Source: Octopus sinensis (lineage: Eukaryota). Taken from it: DNA of 64,000 bases. How positions within the stretch are numbered: position 1 is the stretch's first letter; each line of letters begins with the position of its first letter. Where the stretch lies: positions 61,938,001 through 62,002,000 of the forward strand of contig NC_042997.1 in the NCBI RefSeq assembly GCF_006345805.1, given 5' to 3'. The position numbers were made by a program, and so were the translations under genes. Shown piece after piece: positions 42,551 to 56,920 of this stretch. Below the pieces are notes generated by a model. That model was not told the origin of the DNA. It did not search any database and saw only the letters and a list, made by a program, of their open reading frames with translations.

Positions 42551-44070
42551 CAGGGGAGAGTGTTGCTATGTGAAAGTACGTTGTTGGGTGTATATAAAAC
42601 AAAATGAATTTTGATAGAATAAAATGTTAAAAATGGTTAAGTCTTGCTTTATAGTTTTCAATGAGGTAAGTTTCCTTATTTAAAAATGCTAGAAATAGTT
42701 AAGTTTTGGCCTATATTTTTCAATGAAGTATGTTTCCTTGTTTAATCTAACTTGTGTTGATGTTCCAATGGCCCATTGATAAAATGGAAAGATTACAAAT
42801 TGTGGTGGCAGTTGCTTTGCGCATCTCTTAATGTGTTCACTAATGGACATTATTCTGTGTTCTGGGAATACAATCTGCTGTCGGTGCACAATGCATGTGC
42901 ATCTGAGCGATAATCCTGTGGACCCTTTGTAGTTTTGGTGGCAGCCTGGGCATCTTATAATATAAATCAGGCTTTCTGAGGCACAAGTAAAATGAGATTT
43001 GATTTTGAATTTTTGTTTCTCTTTAGAAAGGAATTCTGATCCTTCTAGAAGGTTTGGGCATATTGTGCAATTTGATCGACCACGTTTTCAATTTTGCATC
43101 TGTTATTTTAGAAAATAAGTTTGCCTTTGTTAAAATCTCTTTTTGTGATTTCGGTTCTTTGTGGCTTTTAATGATCTTATGTGTGTGTAAAATTTCCTTT
43201 AATTCGGTGTCCTTATGTAGCATTGGTAGATTTTGGGCTTCTTTTTTCTTGGGTTGTATGTGGCAGTATTTTCGGGGAAAGTGTGTTATTGTGTTGCATG
43301 ACTGATTCCATCCTCTATGAGTTGACCTTGGTAGTGTCTGTCAATCAGTGTTTTTGAGTTCTTGCAGTCTAAAGTCTCTGGTATTTTTTCTGACGCTATG
43401 GTGCATATCCTTCTCGGAAGGTTGAAGGGGATGTTTGTTTTGGCGTGTCTTGAGTGGCATGAATTAAATAGATATTGTTTGGTATCTGGTTTTGTAAAAT
43501 ATGTCTCTTTCTATTTGTAGGTTAATTTTTTTAACTAGTATATCCAAGAATGAGAGCTCGTTTTGGTTGTATCCCATTTAGAACTGTATTTTTGGGTTGA
43601 CAATGTTCAATAGTCTTTTGAATTCCAGGAATTTGTCTGTGTTTTCATTCCAGAGGATAAAACAGTCGTCCAGGAATATTTTCCAATTCTCTTTTATGTA
43701 TTGGGAAAGAGGGTTTCCAAATGTAGATAAGGATCCCTGGTATATTGTTGTTTCCAGATAGCCCATTGTTAGGTTTGCAATAACCGGGGATGCCCTCATG
43801 CCCATGGCAACTCCGCATTTTTGTCAATAAAAAGTGTTATCAAACATGAAATGGTTGTTTCTAAGGATGAAGTCAACCGATTCAGTTATGAATTCTTTGA
43901 TGATCCTTTCTGGTATTTCTTCCAGATATTGGTCCAGCCAGAAGTGAGTTGCCTCTAGCCCATAATTATGAGGTATACTAGTATGTAAGTTAATCATATC
44001 ATATGAAACCATGATTGTTTCTTCCTGAAATATTTTTTGGAGGTGTATGTATGTATGTCTTAGGGGATTT
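42550..44070 (-). mobile_element. Defective Penelope-like element (RT and GIY-YIG endonuclease), 5'-truncated
   Basis: Minus strand: VSYDMINLHTSIP...NHFMFDNTFY*QKCGVAMGMRASPVIANL.MGYLE...W.IFLDDCF (PLE RT), then SEHIKRC...FVIFPFY...RLNKETYFIEKYRPKLN (GIY-YIG C-terminus). Confidence 0.85.
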
Positions 44071-44090
44071 CTTTATGGTTTCATTATAAT

Positions 44091-44700
44091 CTGGATTTAT
44101 GTTATAAGATGCTCGAGCTACATAGGGTCCTAGGGATTATTGCTCAGATGCAGATGCACTCTGCACTGACAGCATATAACATTCCCAGAATGATATACCC
44201 TTTAATGATACCATTTAATGAGCACATTGAGACATGTGCAAAACAACTGCTACCACAATTTGTAATCTTGCCATTTTATCGATGTCCCATTGGAGCTCCA
44301 ACACAAGTTAGATTAAATAAGGAAACCCACTTCATTCAAAAATATAAGCCAAAACTTAACCATTTCCAGCATTTTTAAATGAGGAATAACTCATTGAAAA
44401 ATGTAAAGCAGAACTTAACCACTGCTAACATTTTATTCTATCAAAATCAAATCTTGTTAAATAAATAAAACGTAATAATTCCCAACATTTTTGATTACCT
44501 CCCTTATACCACAAAATCCTTGATTACCTCCCCCTGTTTGGAACTCCCTTACATCGCCTCATAGTGAAGAGATGACACTATAGGTGAAGAAATTTCATGA
44601 GAAAATACGAAACCGGATATTTCTCCCAAAACAAAAGCTTTATAATATTTTCCTAACCTGAAGATTTAAATATATTCTTTAGCCATATGATGCAAGTCTT
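44091..44700 (+). mobile_element. Inverted copy of the Penelope 3' region (pseudo-LTR-like)
   Basis: 44091-44459 is an inverted, diverged copy of 42598-42972 (EHIETCAKQLLPQFVILPFY...RLNKETHFIQKYKPKLN), and continues into 3' non-coding sequence. Confidence 0.8.
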
Positions 44701-44771
44701 CTGTAGTTTTTTCATTCTATTTAGTTTTTTATACATCCAACCACATACTTTCACATATGAACTCTCTCACC

Positions 44772-44819
<48 letters not shown>

Positions 44820-44828
44820 TGTGTGTGT

Positions 44829-44860
<32 letters not shown>

Positions 44861-44861
<1 letters not shown>

Positions 44862-45326
44862 ATGGAATTGTATCTTTGTGGTACAGTGCCGGTGGCACAC
44901 AAGAGAACTCCATCCGAACGTGGCCGTAGCCAGTACCGCACCGACTGGCCTCCGTGCTGTGGGCACGTAATAAACACCATCCGATCGTGGTCGTTCGCCA
45001 GCCTCATCTGGCACCTGTGTCGGTGGCACATAAAAACCCATCCGAAGACCCGGCAAGACTAGTCGGCCATAACCTGTGGGCCCCTACCTGGGACGTAGTC
45101 AGTCCACCTGTGCATACCTTCCTTCTTGTGACACTTGTGAGACCTGTTGAGGCAATGAAAATCAAACAAATCAATAGATGAACATCAATGGAATTTTGTA
45201 TCTTTGTGGTACCAGTGCCGGTGGCACGTGGCACACAAGAAAACCATCCGAACGTGGCCGTAGCCAGTACCGCATCACTGGCCTCCGTGCTGTGGGCACG
45301 TAACAAACACCATCCGATCGTGGCCG
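44861..45326 (+). mobile_element. Isolated piece of the RTE 3'-UTR tandem array (two partial units) embedded in TA repeats
   Basis: Contains the ccatccg|aagacccggcaagactag junction at 45044/45045 and the gtggcacgtggcac variant also seen at 59365-59380. Confidence 0.88.
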
Positions 45327-45854
45327 TATATATAGATGTATATATATATATATATGTATGTACACACACATATATATAGATGTATATATATATATATGTA
45401 TGTACACACACATATATATAGATGTATATATATATATATATGTATGTTCACACACATATATATAGATGTATATATATATTATAATAGTATGTACACACAC
45501 ATATATATAGATGTATATATATATAGATATAATATGTATGTACACACACACATATATATAGATGTATATATATATGTATGTACACACACCTATATATAGA
45601 TGTATATATATACATATATGTGTGTACATATATATATATATCTTATATATGTATGTACACACAATATATAGATGTATATATATATACATAATATATATAT
45701 ATATATATATATATAACACATATATGTGTGTGTACATATATATATATGTATATATAGCTTATATATATATATATATATATATATCATACCATACATATAC
45801 ATATACAAGATATATATAGGTATATAGATTATATATATACACACATATATGTTG

Positions 45855-45887
<33 letters not shown>

Positions 45888-45903
45888 GCATACATATACA
45901 TAG

Positions 45904-45943
<40 letters not shown>

Positions 45944-45971
45944 GTATATATATATATACATATATAAGATG

Positions 45972-46008
<37 letters not shown>

Positions 46009-46015
46009 CACATAC

Positions 46016-46074
<59 letters not shown>

Positions 46075-46169
46075 CATATACATAGATATATATATATATA
46101 TATATATACAACATACATATACTAGATATATATATGTATATATATATATATACACATACATATACATAG

Positions 46170-46244
<75 letters not shown>

Positions 46245-46494
46245 TACATACATATATACATAGAATATATATATATATATATATTATATTATATTATATA
46301 TAGCTATATATATATAATATATAATGCATATATATATATATATATATATGCATACATTATATATATATACTATATATATATATTATATATATATATCATA
46401 TATATACAATTGTTCGTTGGTTTTTCACCTGCCTTCGTCTTTTGTTTATTTTCATAAAGCTTCCCGTTATATATATATATATATATATAATAAT

Positions 46495-46525
<31 letters not shown>

Positions 46526-46858
46526 TTATATAATATTATATATATATATATATATCATCATATATATATATATATATATATACCACATATACTAGATATT
46601 ATATATGTATATATATATATATGATATATAATGTGTATATATATATATATATTATATACACATACATACATAGATATATATATGTATATATATATATAGA
46701 TATATATGTATATATATCTATATATATACATACACATACATATACTAGATATATATATGTAATATATATATATAGATATATATGTGTATATATATATATA
46801 TATATACATACACATACATATACATAGATATATATATGTATATATATATATATAGATA

Positions 46859-46898
<40 letters not shown>

Positions 46899-47189
46899 CA
46901 TATACATAGATATATATGTATATATATATATATATAGATATATATGTGTATATATATATATATATATACATACACATACATATACATAGATATATATATG
47001 TATATATATATATATAGATATATATGTGTATATATATATATATATATATACATACACATACATATACATAGATATATATATGTATACTATATATATATAG
47101 ATATATATGTGTATATATTATATATATATATCACATACATATACATAGATATATATATGTATATATATATATATATAGATATATATGTG

Positions 47190-47227
<38 letters not shown>

Positions 47228-47260
47228 TTTATATGCACATATATATATTTGCATATATAT
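45327..47260. repeat. TA-rich minisatellites: a roughly 42-bp unit (tatagatgtatata..gtatgtacacacaca) and a roughly 60-bp unit (tacacatacatatacatagatata..gatatatatgtg)
   Basis: Direct reading. Confidence 0.88.
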
Positions 47261-47264
47261 GCAC

Positions 47265-47914
47265 AACTGGCTGGATGTTCCTAAGAACATTCAGAACCCG
47301 AGATAAGGAAACCATGATGGTCCTCAGCCGCCCGGATTACTGTTCACAGCTATGGTCACCCACCAGTGTGAAATTAACAGCGGACCTTGAAGCAATCCAG
47401 AGAAGATTGTCTCTTTGCAACAGCTCAGCTACTGGGAAAGGTTGAAACAGCTAAGACTCTACTCCCTGGAGAGAAGACGGGAGAGGTATGCAGCAATATA
47501 TATCTGGAAGATCCTGGAAGGAATTGTGCCAAATTTTGGCATTGTAAGCTACACCAATGCTAGAACGGGACAACAGTGCATAGTGTCAAAGATCACAGCA
47601 ATGCCATCACACTTCAGGACCAGCTACTGCAACAGCCTGGGTTTCTAGGGCCCACAGCTTTTTAATATTCTCCCAAAGAGTCTGAGGAACTTGCACAAGG
47701 TAGATGTAGCAGTTTTTAAATCAAAGCTGGACATCTTCCTATCGAGAGTCCCAGATGAACCTACCTCACGGCAAGAGGTGCAAATGAGGGTAGCTATATC
47801 AAACTCCATTCTTCACCAAGTGCCACATATTAGAGGAGACTCTTAGTAATAACAGTGTAGCACAGAACGGCGGTGCATCAGCATGGCCGCAGCTCTGAGC
47901 TGAAACAAGAAAAA
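47265..47914 (+). mobile_element. 3' fragment of a CR1-group LINE
   Basis: LERRRERYAAIYIWKILEGIVPNFGI...YCNSLGF, homologous to 54430-55030. 3' tail ggcggtgcatcagcatggccgcag...ctgaaacaag. Confidence 0.88.
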
Positions 47915-47959
47915 CGAAATATATATATATATATATATATATCTTATATATATAATTCT

Positions 47960-48117
47960 CATCATCATCATCATCCATCATTTAGTGTCCGTTTTCCATG
48001 CAGCATGGGTTGGACGGTTCAACTGGGGTCTGTGAAGCTTGAAGGCTTCATCAGGCCCAGTCAGATCTGGCAGTGTTTCTACTGCTGGATGCCCTTCCTA
48101 ACGCCAACCACTCCGTG
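47960..48117 (-). mobile_element. RTE 3'-terminal fragment
   Basis: (ATC)n then gtccgttttccatgcagcatgggttggacggttcaactgggg...cttcctaacgccaaccactcc. Confidence 0.85.
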
Positions 48118-48669
48118 CATATATATACATAACATATATATTTACGTGCATATATATATGCATATATATACATAACATATATATTTACGTGCATATGTAT
48201 ATGCATATATATACATAACAAAATAATAAATAAAACATATTGCACATATACATACATATATATACGTACCTACATCTATATGTATATATACATGCATCAA
48301 TGGGTACAGGACATTAAAAAAAAACGTCGAAGACAATGAGAAACGAAAACAAAAACAAAACCAAGGAAATGGACATTTTTCTTAAACAACGAAAAAAGAG
48401 AGTAGAAGACATACAACACAGGGAAAATAATAATATGCCCAATCCACAAGGGGATATATATGTCAAAAGCTTTTGCATATATATACATGTATGTATGTAA
48501 TGGTTTTGGTGATAGTAGAAGTGGTGGTGGTAATAGTAGTGGGGTCGATGATGGTAGCTGTAATGACTGTAATAGTAGTATTCCTGTCGTTACAGCTATT
48601 ACTCCATCCACCAGAGTATTAAGGTCACGATAGACTACCAGTACTAGATAAAGAACTCTGGCTGGAAAC

Positions 48670-49540
48670 TGAGAATAATAAAACCCGAATCTTTCATTCA
48701 CAATATGCCAAACCTATGGCCTCCAAACACCTGATCCACTGGAACTCAGCTATCATGGAGAATGCCAAATTCAACATATTGATGTCAGACCTCATCAGAG
48801 TAATGCGAAATGTGTCCCGCATGTGCGACCCTAGAGAGTTAAAGAGACACATACAACATTTTGTTCACCGCATGTAGTTCTCAGGATACAGCCATAAAGA
48901 AAGGATCAGAGTATACAAAAGGAGGAAATTTGAAACTATCATACATATCAATAGGAATGGGATTTGCCCACTCTATAGGAGCAAGTCATGGAACACCATT
49001 GAAAGGACTAAGAAGAATATAGGGAAGGCTAACTCATGGTATGATAGCCACAAATACCAGTGTTATGTTCATCAACACTACCCCTGGAGGTGAACTGGCG
49101 TACTGCTTTAGACAGGCCCTAGACAAACGTAAGCTAAGAATTAAAGTTATTTAAAGGCCAGGCAACCCTATCAAATCCCTAATCGGTAGAACCTACCCTT
49201 TTAGTAGAACCCCCTGTACTGATAGGAACTGTACTGTATGTAGATTTAGACCACAAACAAACCGTGAAGCAAGAAATGCAGTCTATACTATAAGATGTAC
49301 AGAGGGACGATGCAGTAACAAGATAACAAGCTACGTAGGGGAAATGGCATGGAGCATAGGCGGGAACTTAAGGAAGGTTCTGTGTCAGCACACCGAGCAG
49401 GAACACGGGGTCTCACTTAACAACATAGAAGTTAAAATCTTGTCCACACATAGAACAGATGCAATACTTAGACAAATTACAGAAGCTACACACACAATAG
49501 AAGATAAACCTAGCCTAAATAGGAAACTGGAATGAAACAC
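48670..49540 (+). mobile_element. Penelope-like element fragment of a second lineage (RT thumb, Cys linker, GIY-YIG)
   Basis: YAKPMASKHLIHWNSA...LIRVMRNVS...FSGY...C..RNC.VC...AVY.IRC...SYVGE...LRQITEA...PSLNRKLE*, with stops and frameshifts. Not similar to 42550-44070. Confidence 0.7.
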
Positions 49541-49769
49541 TAACACACACCTCCAACACATGACAGAATAAGATCCCCATAAACTGATAACAATATGAGA
49601 AATACACTACACATATAAACAACTAGAATTAAATAACTATATACATGAACAAAATTAAATTAAACACAAAAAAATGAAAGAATAAAAAAATATATAATAT
49701 TTATATATATGTACGCATACATACATATATATATATATGTGTGTGTATGTATATACATGTGTATGTATG

Positions 49770-49805
<36 letters not shown>

Positions 49806-49860
49806 AATATATATATATATTGGTGTGTTGTGTGTATGTATATATATGTGTGTATATATT

Positions 49861-49955
49861 AGGTGCAGGAGTGGCTGTGTGGTAAGTAGCTTGCTTACCA
49901 ACCACATGGTTCCGGCTTCAGTCCCACTGCGTGGCACCTTGGGCGAGTGTCTTCT
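49861..49955 (+). mobile_element. 5' tRNA head of the composite SINE (3'-truncated)
   Basis: aggtgcaggagtggctgtgtggtaagtagcttgcttaccaaccacatggttcc...cagtcccactgcgtggcaccttgggc matches the reverse complement of 9560-9649. Confidence 0.85.
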
Positions 49956-50199
49956 AAGTGGATTATTATAATATTTTATAATATATTATAATATTTTTAC
50001 AAAATAAATATAAGAGAGTGGTCACTATATGGCTCACTCTAGCACCAGTTAATCCAAAAGGTTTCAACCACAAAACTACATGTTTCCCATGAAAATTATA
50101 AAATATTATAATAATCCAGGTTTCTCGGAGCACTAGGCCACTTGGTGTAGAATAGATATACTATTAAATTAGTATCTAATTCTCTCACCCTTATTAATT

Positions 50200-50202
50200 A
50201 AT

Positions 50203-50235
<33 letters not shown>

Positions 50236-50511
50236 ATATGTGTTTTTATGTATGTATGTATATATGTGTTTTTATGTATGTATGTATATATGTGTTTTTA
50301 TGTATGTATGTATATATGTGTTTTTATGTATGTATATATGTGTTTTATGTATGTATGTATATGTGTGTGTTTATGTATGTATGTATATATGTGTGTTTAT
50401 GCATGTATGTATATGAGTGTTTATGTATGTATGTATATATATGTATGTATATATGTGTTTATGTATGTATGTATATATGTGTATGTATGTATGTATATAT
50501 ATATATGTATG

Positions 50512-50550
<39 letters not shown>

Positions 50551-50573
50551 GTATATATGTATATATGTATGTG

Positions 50574-50616
<43 letters not shown>

Positions 50617-50736
50617 ATGTATGTATGTATATATGTGTGTATGTATGTATGTATATATGTGTGTGTATGTATGTATGTATATATGTGTGTATGTATGTAT
50701 GTATGTGTATGTATGTATATATATGTATATGTATAT

Positions 50737-50767
<31 letters not shown>

Positions 50768-51830
50768 TATATATATATATGTATGTATATATGTATATAT
50801 ATATATATGTGTATGTATATATGTGTATGTATATGTGTATGCATATATATATATATATGTGTATGTATATATGTGTATGTATATGTGTATGCATATATAT
50901 ATATATATGTGTATGTATATATGTATGTATATGTGTATGCATATATATATATATATATATGTGTATGTATATATGTATGTGTATGTATATATGTATGTGT
51001 ATGTATATATATGTATGTGTATGTATATATATATATGTGTATGTATATATGTATGTGTATGTATATATGTGTATGTATATATGTATGTGTATGTATATAT
51101 GTATGTGTGTGTATATATATATATGTGTATATATATATATGTGTGTATATATATATGTATGTATATTTGTGCAGATATGCATATATGTGTGTGTCTATAT
51201 GCATATGTATCTATATATATATATATATATATATATCTATCTATATATATATGCATATGTCTCCATATATGTGTATAAATATTTGTATATATGTGTATAG
51301 ATGTATAAATATATGTGTGTATATATATATATATATGCATGTATACATATATATGTATATATATATGTGTGTATATATATATGCATGTATACATATATGT
51401 GTGTATATATATATATATGCATGTATACATATATATGTATATATGTGTGTATATATATTTATATATATTATGTGTATATATATGTATGTGTATATATGTG
51501 TATATATGTATGTGTATATATGTATATATATGTATGTGTATATATATATGTATATATGTGTATATATATATTTGCATATGTGCATATATATGTATATATA
51601 TGCATATGTATGTATATATATATATATGCATATATATTTATATATATATTTACATATATATTTACATATATATATATACTTACATGTGCATATGTACATA
51701 CATACATATGTATATATGCATATATATATGTATGTACATTTGTATATATATGTATATAGATATATATATGAAGGTATACATATGTATGTATATTTATATA
51801 TATATCTATGTATATATGTATTTTTTTTCT
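50200..51830. repeat. (TATG)n/(TA)n block with a roughly 27-bp minisatellite at 50222-50420
   Basis: Direct reading. Confidence 0.92.
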
Positions 51831-51834
51831 TTCT

Positions 51835-52075
51835 AAAGTTTTAGCTCAGTGCTGCGGCCATGCTGATGCACCGCTGTTTGTGCTACACTGTTATTACTAG
51901 GAGCCTCCTCTAATATGTGGCACTTGATAAAGAATGGCATTTGATATAGCTACCTTCATTTGCACATCTTGCCTTGAGGTAGTCTCATGTAGGACTCTTG
52001 AAAGGAATAGGTCCAAGTTTGATTTAAAAACCCCTACATTTACTTTGTGCAGATATGTATGTCTATGCAAATGTG
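51835..52075 (-). mobile_element. 3' end of a CR1-group LINE, inverted relative to 47690-47914
   Basis: The reverse complement aligns by eye to 47690-47905. Confidence 0.85.
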
Positions 52076-52239
52076 TATATATGTACATATAATAAATAGC
52101 AGTAGGGTAATAAAAAATTATTATTACTAGTGCCCTAGCACAAAAAACGAATTAGTCATTAGACTATATATTATTCTCATAGTCATTTGACTATATATTA
52201 TTCTCTTGTTGTATTTCTATATGTATATATATATAGAGA

Positions 52240-55039
52240 TATATGCATTCATACGCTCAGATAGAAAAGGGAGGAGCCATGGTGGAGTTGCAATGTACAT
52301 CTGAGATGACCTCACGCCCCACGTCCTGTTGTCATATTCATAACTCAGTGTGTGACACTCAAATTGTACACATAAGACAACTGAATATCGTCATATGCAC
52401 TACATATCGCCCACCAGATGCCCCAAATCACTCAGGCATGCAAAAATAGGAGAAGTCCTCACCAACCTTGAACAACACAACAGTGTATTCTTCATGGGTG
52501 ACTTTAACTTCCCCAATGTGGAATGGCCTGGGGAGCTGATGCTCTCAGGGATGACACACCATCAGCAGGCACAGGCAGAGTCCCTGCTCCATCTCACAAA
52601 TGCCTCTTTCATGGAGCAAATAGTTCTGCAACCAACAAGGGTAGATAATATACTGGATCTCTGCTTCACAAACAATATGGATATTATCCATAATGTTAAA
52701 GTGATGCCGACAATGATCTCGGATCACAACATAATAGAGCTGTCTATGTATGGACCAAAAGCCCCCGTAGACACACAGCCTGTACGAAGCATCCACCATC
52801 TCTCCAACTTAAACTTTCATAAAGCAAACTGGAAGTTGATTGAGAAAGAGATCCTCAAACAGGATTGGCCTAAATGTCTCTCCACACTGGACATTAACAT
52901 GAAACACAAACACTTCATGTCCATAATACAAGCCATATGTGACAAATATGTCCCAGTGTGCAGGGCCAGCACACACAAAAACAAAAACAGGATCCCTAGA
53001 GAAAAGAGGATCCCTAGAGAAAGGAAGAGACGATGGACAAGGATTGCAAACCACCTGAGCAAGCACACCAAAAGTGGTGAGAAGTTTCGGCTCGAGAGAA
53101 TGCTAATGGAAATTGAGAAAAGTCTGCATCAGTCCCATGAAAAGGAGAGAGCAGATAAAGAAGCTTGGGTAATAGAAAATATAAAATCAAACCCTAAAGC
53201 TTTCTTTAAGTTTGCCAAAGAGACAGCCACAGTGCACCTGAGAATAGGACCTCTCTTCCAAAAAGATGGCTCTCTCACAGGAAATCCCACGAGGATAAGT
53301 GGAATATTGAACGAACAATTCCAAAGTGTGTTCACTACACCTCTAGGACACAGGCAAGTAAACAACCCAGAAGAATTCTTTGCCACTTTACCTGCGGCCA
53401 AAGAGGCGAAAATTGAGTACTTCAACATTGAAGATGATGATATCACACTAGCCATAGATGAGATTGACACAAACTCAGCTGCTGGACCTGATGGATTTCC
53501 AGCGATCCTTCTCAAATCGTGCAAACGAGCCCTTGCAAAACCGCTACAGCTTCTTTTTCAGAGCTTTCTTGCAAGTGGTAAGCTCTCAGTCAAATTGAAA
53601 GAGGGGGGGAATATGCCCTATCCATAAGGGAGGTAGCAGAGCAGATGCTAAAAATTATAGGCCTATCTCTCTGACCTCACACATCAGCAAAGTCATGGAA
53701 CGAACAGTCCACAAGAAACTAATCATGTTCCTTGAAGAAAATGATTTGCTGTCTGACACCCAGCATGGATTTCAACCAGGTAGAAGCTGCCTAACACAGC
53801 TCCTGCAACACTATGACTGGGTGTTAAAACAGCTTCTAAATGGCTCAAATGTGGATGTAATATATCTCGACTTTGCAAAAGCCTTCGATAAAGTCGACCA
53901 TGGTATGATCTGTCACAAACTGCGTGGTCTCAGCATAGGCGGAAAACTTGGAGAGTGGCTGCACAACTTCCTAAAAGACAGAAGACAGGCAGTTGTGAGC
54001 AATGGAGCCACCTCCAAGGAAATACAAATAACAAGCGGTGTTCCACAGGGTACTGTCTTGGGGCCACTGCTGTTCATAGTGGCCCTTTCAGGCATGCCCT
54101 CAGTTGCTATGATGGCCACCCTTGCTAGCTATGCAGATGACACAAAAGTCTCCCACACAATACAAAACCCTGAAAATATTGCGCATCTGCAACAGGAGTT
54201 GGATACAATATACAGGTGGGCTGAGGACAACAACATGCAGTTTAATGCAGGTAAGTTCCAGGCCCTGCGCTACCGGCACACAAAGGTAAACGACGTGCAG
54301 ACTGGATACACTGGCCCAGGAAGAATTGCAATCCCTGAGTCAAAATCAGTGCGTGACCTGGGCATTGACATGAGCAATGATGCATCTTTCCAAGTGCATA
54401 TTACTAATCTGGTGATAAAAAGCAGATGGCTAGCTGGATGGATTCTCCGAACTTTCAGAACAAGAGAGGAGACACTGATGGTCCTCTGGAAAACATTCGT
54501 CCTCAGCCACTTGGACTACTGCTTCCAACTATGGTCACCACACAATATAAAACTAACAGCAGAACTCGAAGCAATTCAAAGAAGCTACACAAAGAAGATC
54601 GTCTCAATGCAAAATATCAGCTACTGTGAAAGACTGAAAGTATTAAACCTCTTCTCCCTAGAGCGAAGGCGGGAGAGATATGCGGCGATATACATCTGGA
54701 AAATCCTGGAGGGTCTTGTCCCAAACTTTGGCATTCAAAGTTACCCCAACCGCAGAACGGGGGGCCACTGCATGGTGCCAGAAATTCCAACATCACCATC
54801 AAAATACAGGTCCAGATACTGCAACAGCTTGGGTTTCAGAGGACCACAGCTCTTTAACATCCTCCCTAAATGCCTGTGAGACTTACATGGTGTGGATGTG
54901 GGTTTCTTTAAAACTAAACTGGGATCTCTTCTTGTCGGGGGTCCCAGATGAACCTACCTCACGACAGGAGACACAGATGCGGGCAGCGGCATCGAACTCC
55001 CTTGTTGATCAAGTGCCACGTATCAGAGGTGGATTTAAG

Positions 55040-55040
<1 letters not shown>
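52240..55040 (+). mobile_element. 5'-truncated, defective CR1-group LINE ORF2 (APE endonuclease and RT)
   Basis: RSDRKGRSHGGVAMY, YRPP, MGDFNFP, RVDNILDLCFT, SDHNII (APE); QHGF.PGRSCLTQL, YLDFAKAFDKV, SGVPQGTVLGP, YADD (RT). Stop and frameshifts near the 5' end, +1 in the G7 run at 53603-53609, premature TGA at 54877. Confidence 0.93.
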
Positions 55041-55070
<30 letters not shown>

Positions 55071-55098
55071 TTGCATATGTAATTACATATATATCTAC

Positions 55099-55131
<33 letters not shown>

Positions 55132-55274
55132 ATATATAATATATATATATATGCATATGTAACTACATATGTATATATATGATGATGATATATATATGCA
55201 CATGTAACTGCATATATATATGTATGTATGTGTATATATATATATATATATATGCACATGTAACTGCATATATG

Positions 55275-55316
<42 letters not shown>

Positions 55317-55384
55317 TGTAACTGCATATATATATGTATGTATATATATATATATTTATATATATATTTGCATATGTAACCATA

Positions 55385-55951
55385 CACTTGCGTCGGAAAT
55401 TAATTAGCACTTCTCAAATTTCTACATTTTCTTACATTTTCTTAATTTAATTAACTTATTATCAGAAATGAACTCGTTTTTAATCAAAAATTTATTAAAA
55501 CATATCCCAGCACACCACATAATTGTTATTAATCGTGAAATTTAGTCAATATCTTGTTGCACCTCCTTTGGCAGCAATGACAGCTGCTATGCGGGTCGGC
55601 ATGCTGTCTATGAGTGCCTGCAGGTACTGTGCAGGGATGGCCCCTCATGCAGCAAGAAGTGCCCCAAACAGCTCGTGTCGGTTCCTGTATTGCTGCACAT
55701 TCAAATCCCTACCCAATCGACTCCAGAGGTTCTCAATAGGGTTCAGGTCAGGTGACTGGCCAGCACGTACTCCTCGCCACCAAAGAGGTATCCCGTACTA
55801 TCGCAACGTTCTTTGCTGCGTTGATGTTGCCTTCGACGGCATAGAGCCGCCCAACACCACTGTAGCTGAACGCCCCTCACACCATCAGACCACCCCCACC
55901 ATGCTTCATGGTGAGCAAATCAAGGGTGCTAATTAATTTCTGACGGTATTG
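55385..55951 (-). mobile_element. Internally deleted Tc1-like element
   Basis: 26-bp TIRs (CACTTGCGTCGGAAATTAATTAGCAC, 22/26 match), TA on both sides. Minus strand KHGGGGLMVWG...SPDLNPIENLW...SMPTRIAAVIAAKGGATRY*. Deletions remove the N-terminus and the QDNA (second Asp) segment. Confidence 0.88.
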
Positions 55952-56812
55952 TATATATATATTTATATATAAATACATATGTATCCCCTTCTATCTGTGC
56001 TTGTTTATATCAAGATCAGAATAAAAAAAGGGATTCATTTGAAACAATTTTTTAATTAGTATTACATGATAAATCTCAAGAGTATTTACATGTGTTTCCC
56101 TAGCATACACCAGTATGCTGTGCAGTACTCACTACAAAGTCAATCGCGTTATCACTCTATATGCTTGATCATCAGAAGAGAATTGTTAATGAATCCATTG
56201 TAAGTAGGCAGATGTAAACGATATTTTATATCTGCCTTGCAACATTGATAACCAACAATGAACTAAATTAGTTTTCTTCTGATGATCTGATGTATAGGGA
56301 GATTATGTGATTGTCTTCATAACAATTATTGCATGATATACTAGTGTCTGCTAGTGAAATATGTGTAATGATAATGCAATTTATGTTGTTATAAAACTTA
56401 TGTTGTAATTGAATATGTATATATGTATACATATATTTATACATGCATATGTATATATGTGCATGTGTGCTTGTTTATATTTGTCATCTGTGCAAACCTC
56501 TCATCTTAAACAGTGTTAATTTTGGAGAGGTTGTGTCTTCAGTTCATACCCTCAATGCAGTATCCCTTAATTGAAACACAGGTAAAGGTTAATGATAAGG
56601 GTATGTGCTTGTGAGAAAAGTTAATATATTCACTTAGATGAGATCATCAAGACAAAACTGACATAAAGCTAATGATGTGTATAAATGTAAATATTTTATG
56701 TGTGTATCTACATGTGTGTGTGTGTGTTTATTCATGTTTGTACACATTTGTATATGTCTGTATATCTGTACATTTGTGTATTGATGTAAATGTATGTGTG
56801 TATATAAGTTTA

Positions 56813-56843
<31 letters not shown>

Positions 56844-56920
56844 ATGTATATATATACGTATATATATGTATTAGAAATTAAAGAAGGAAAATACACACAC
56901 TTACCTAGTTTTAATATAAT

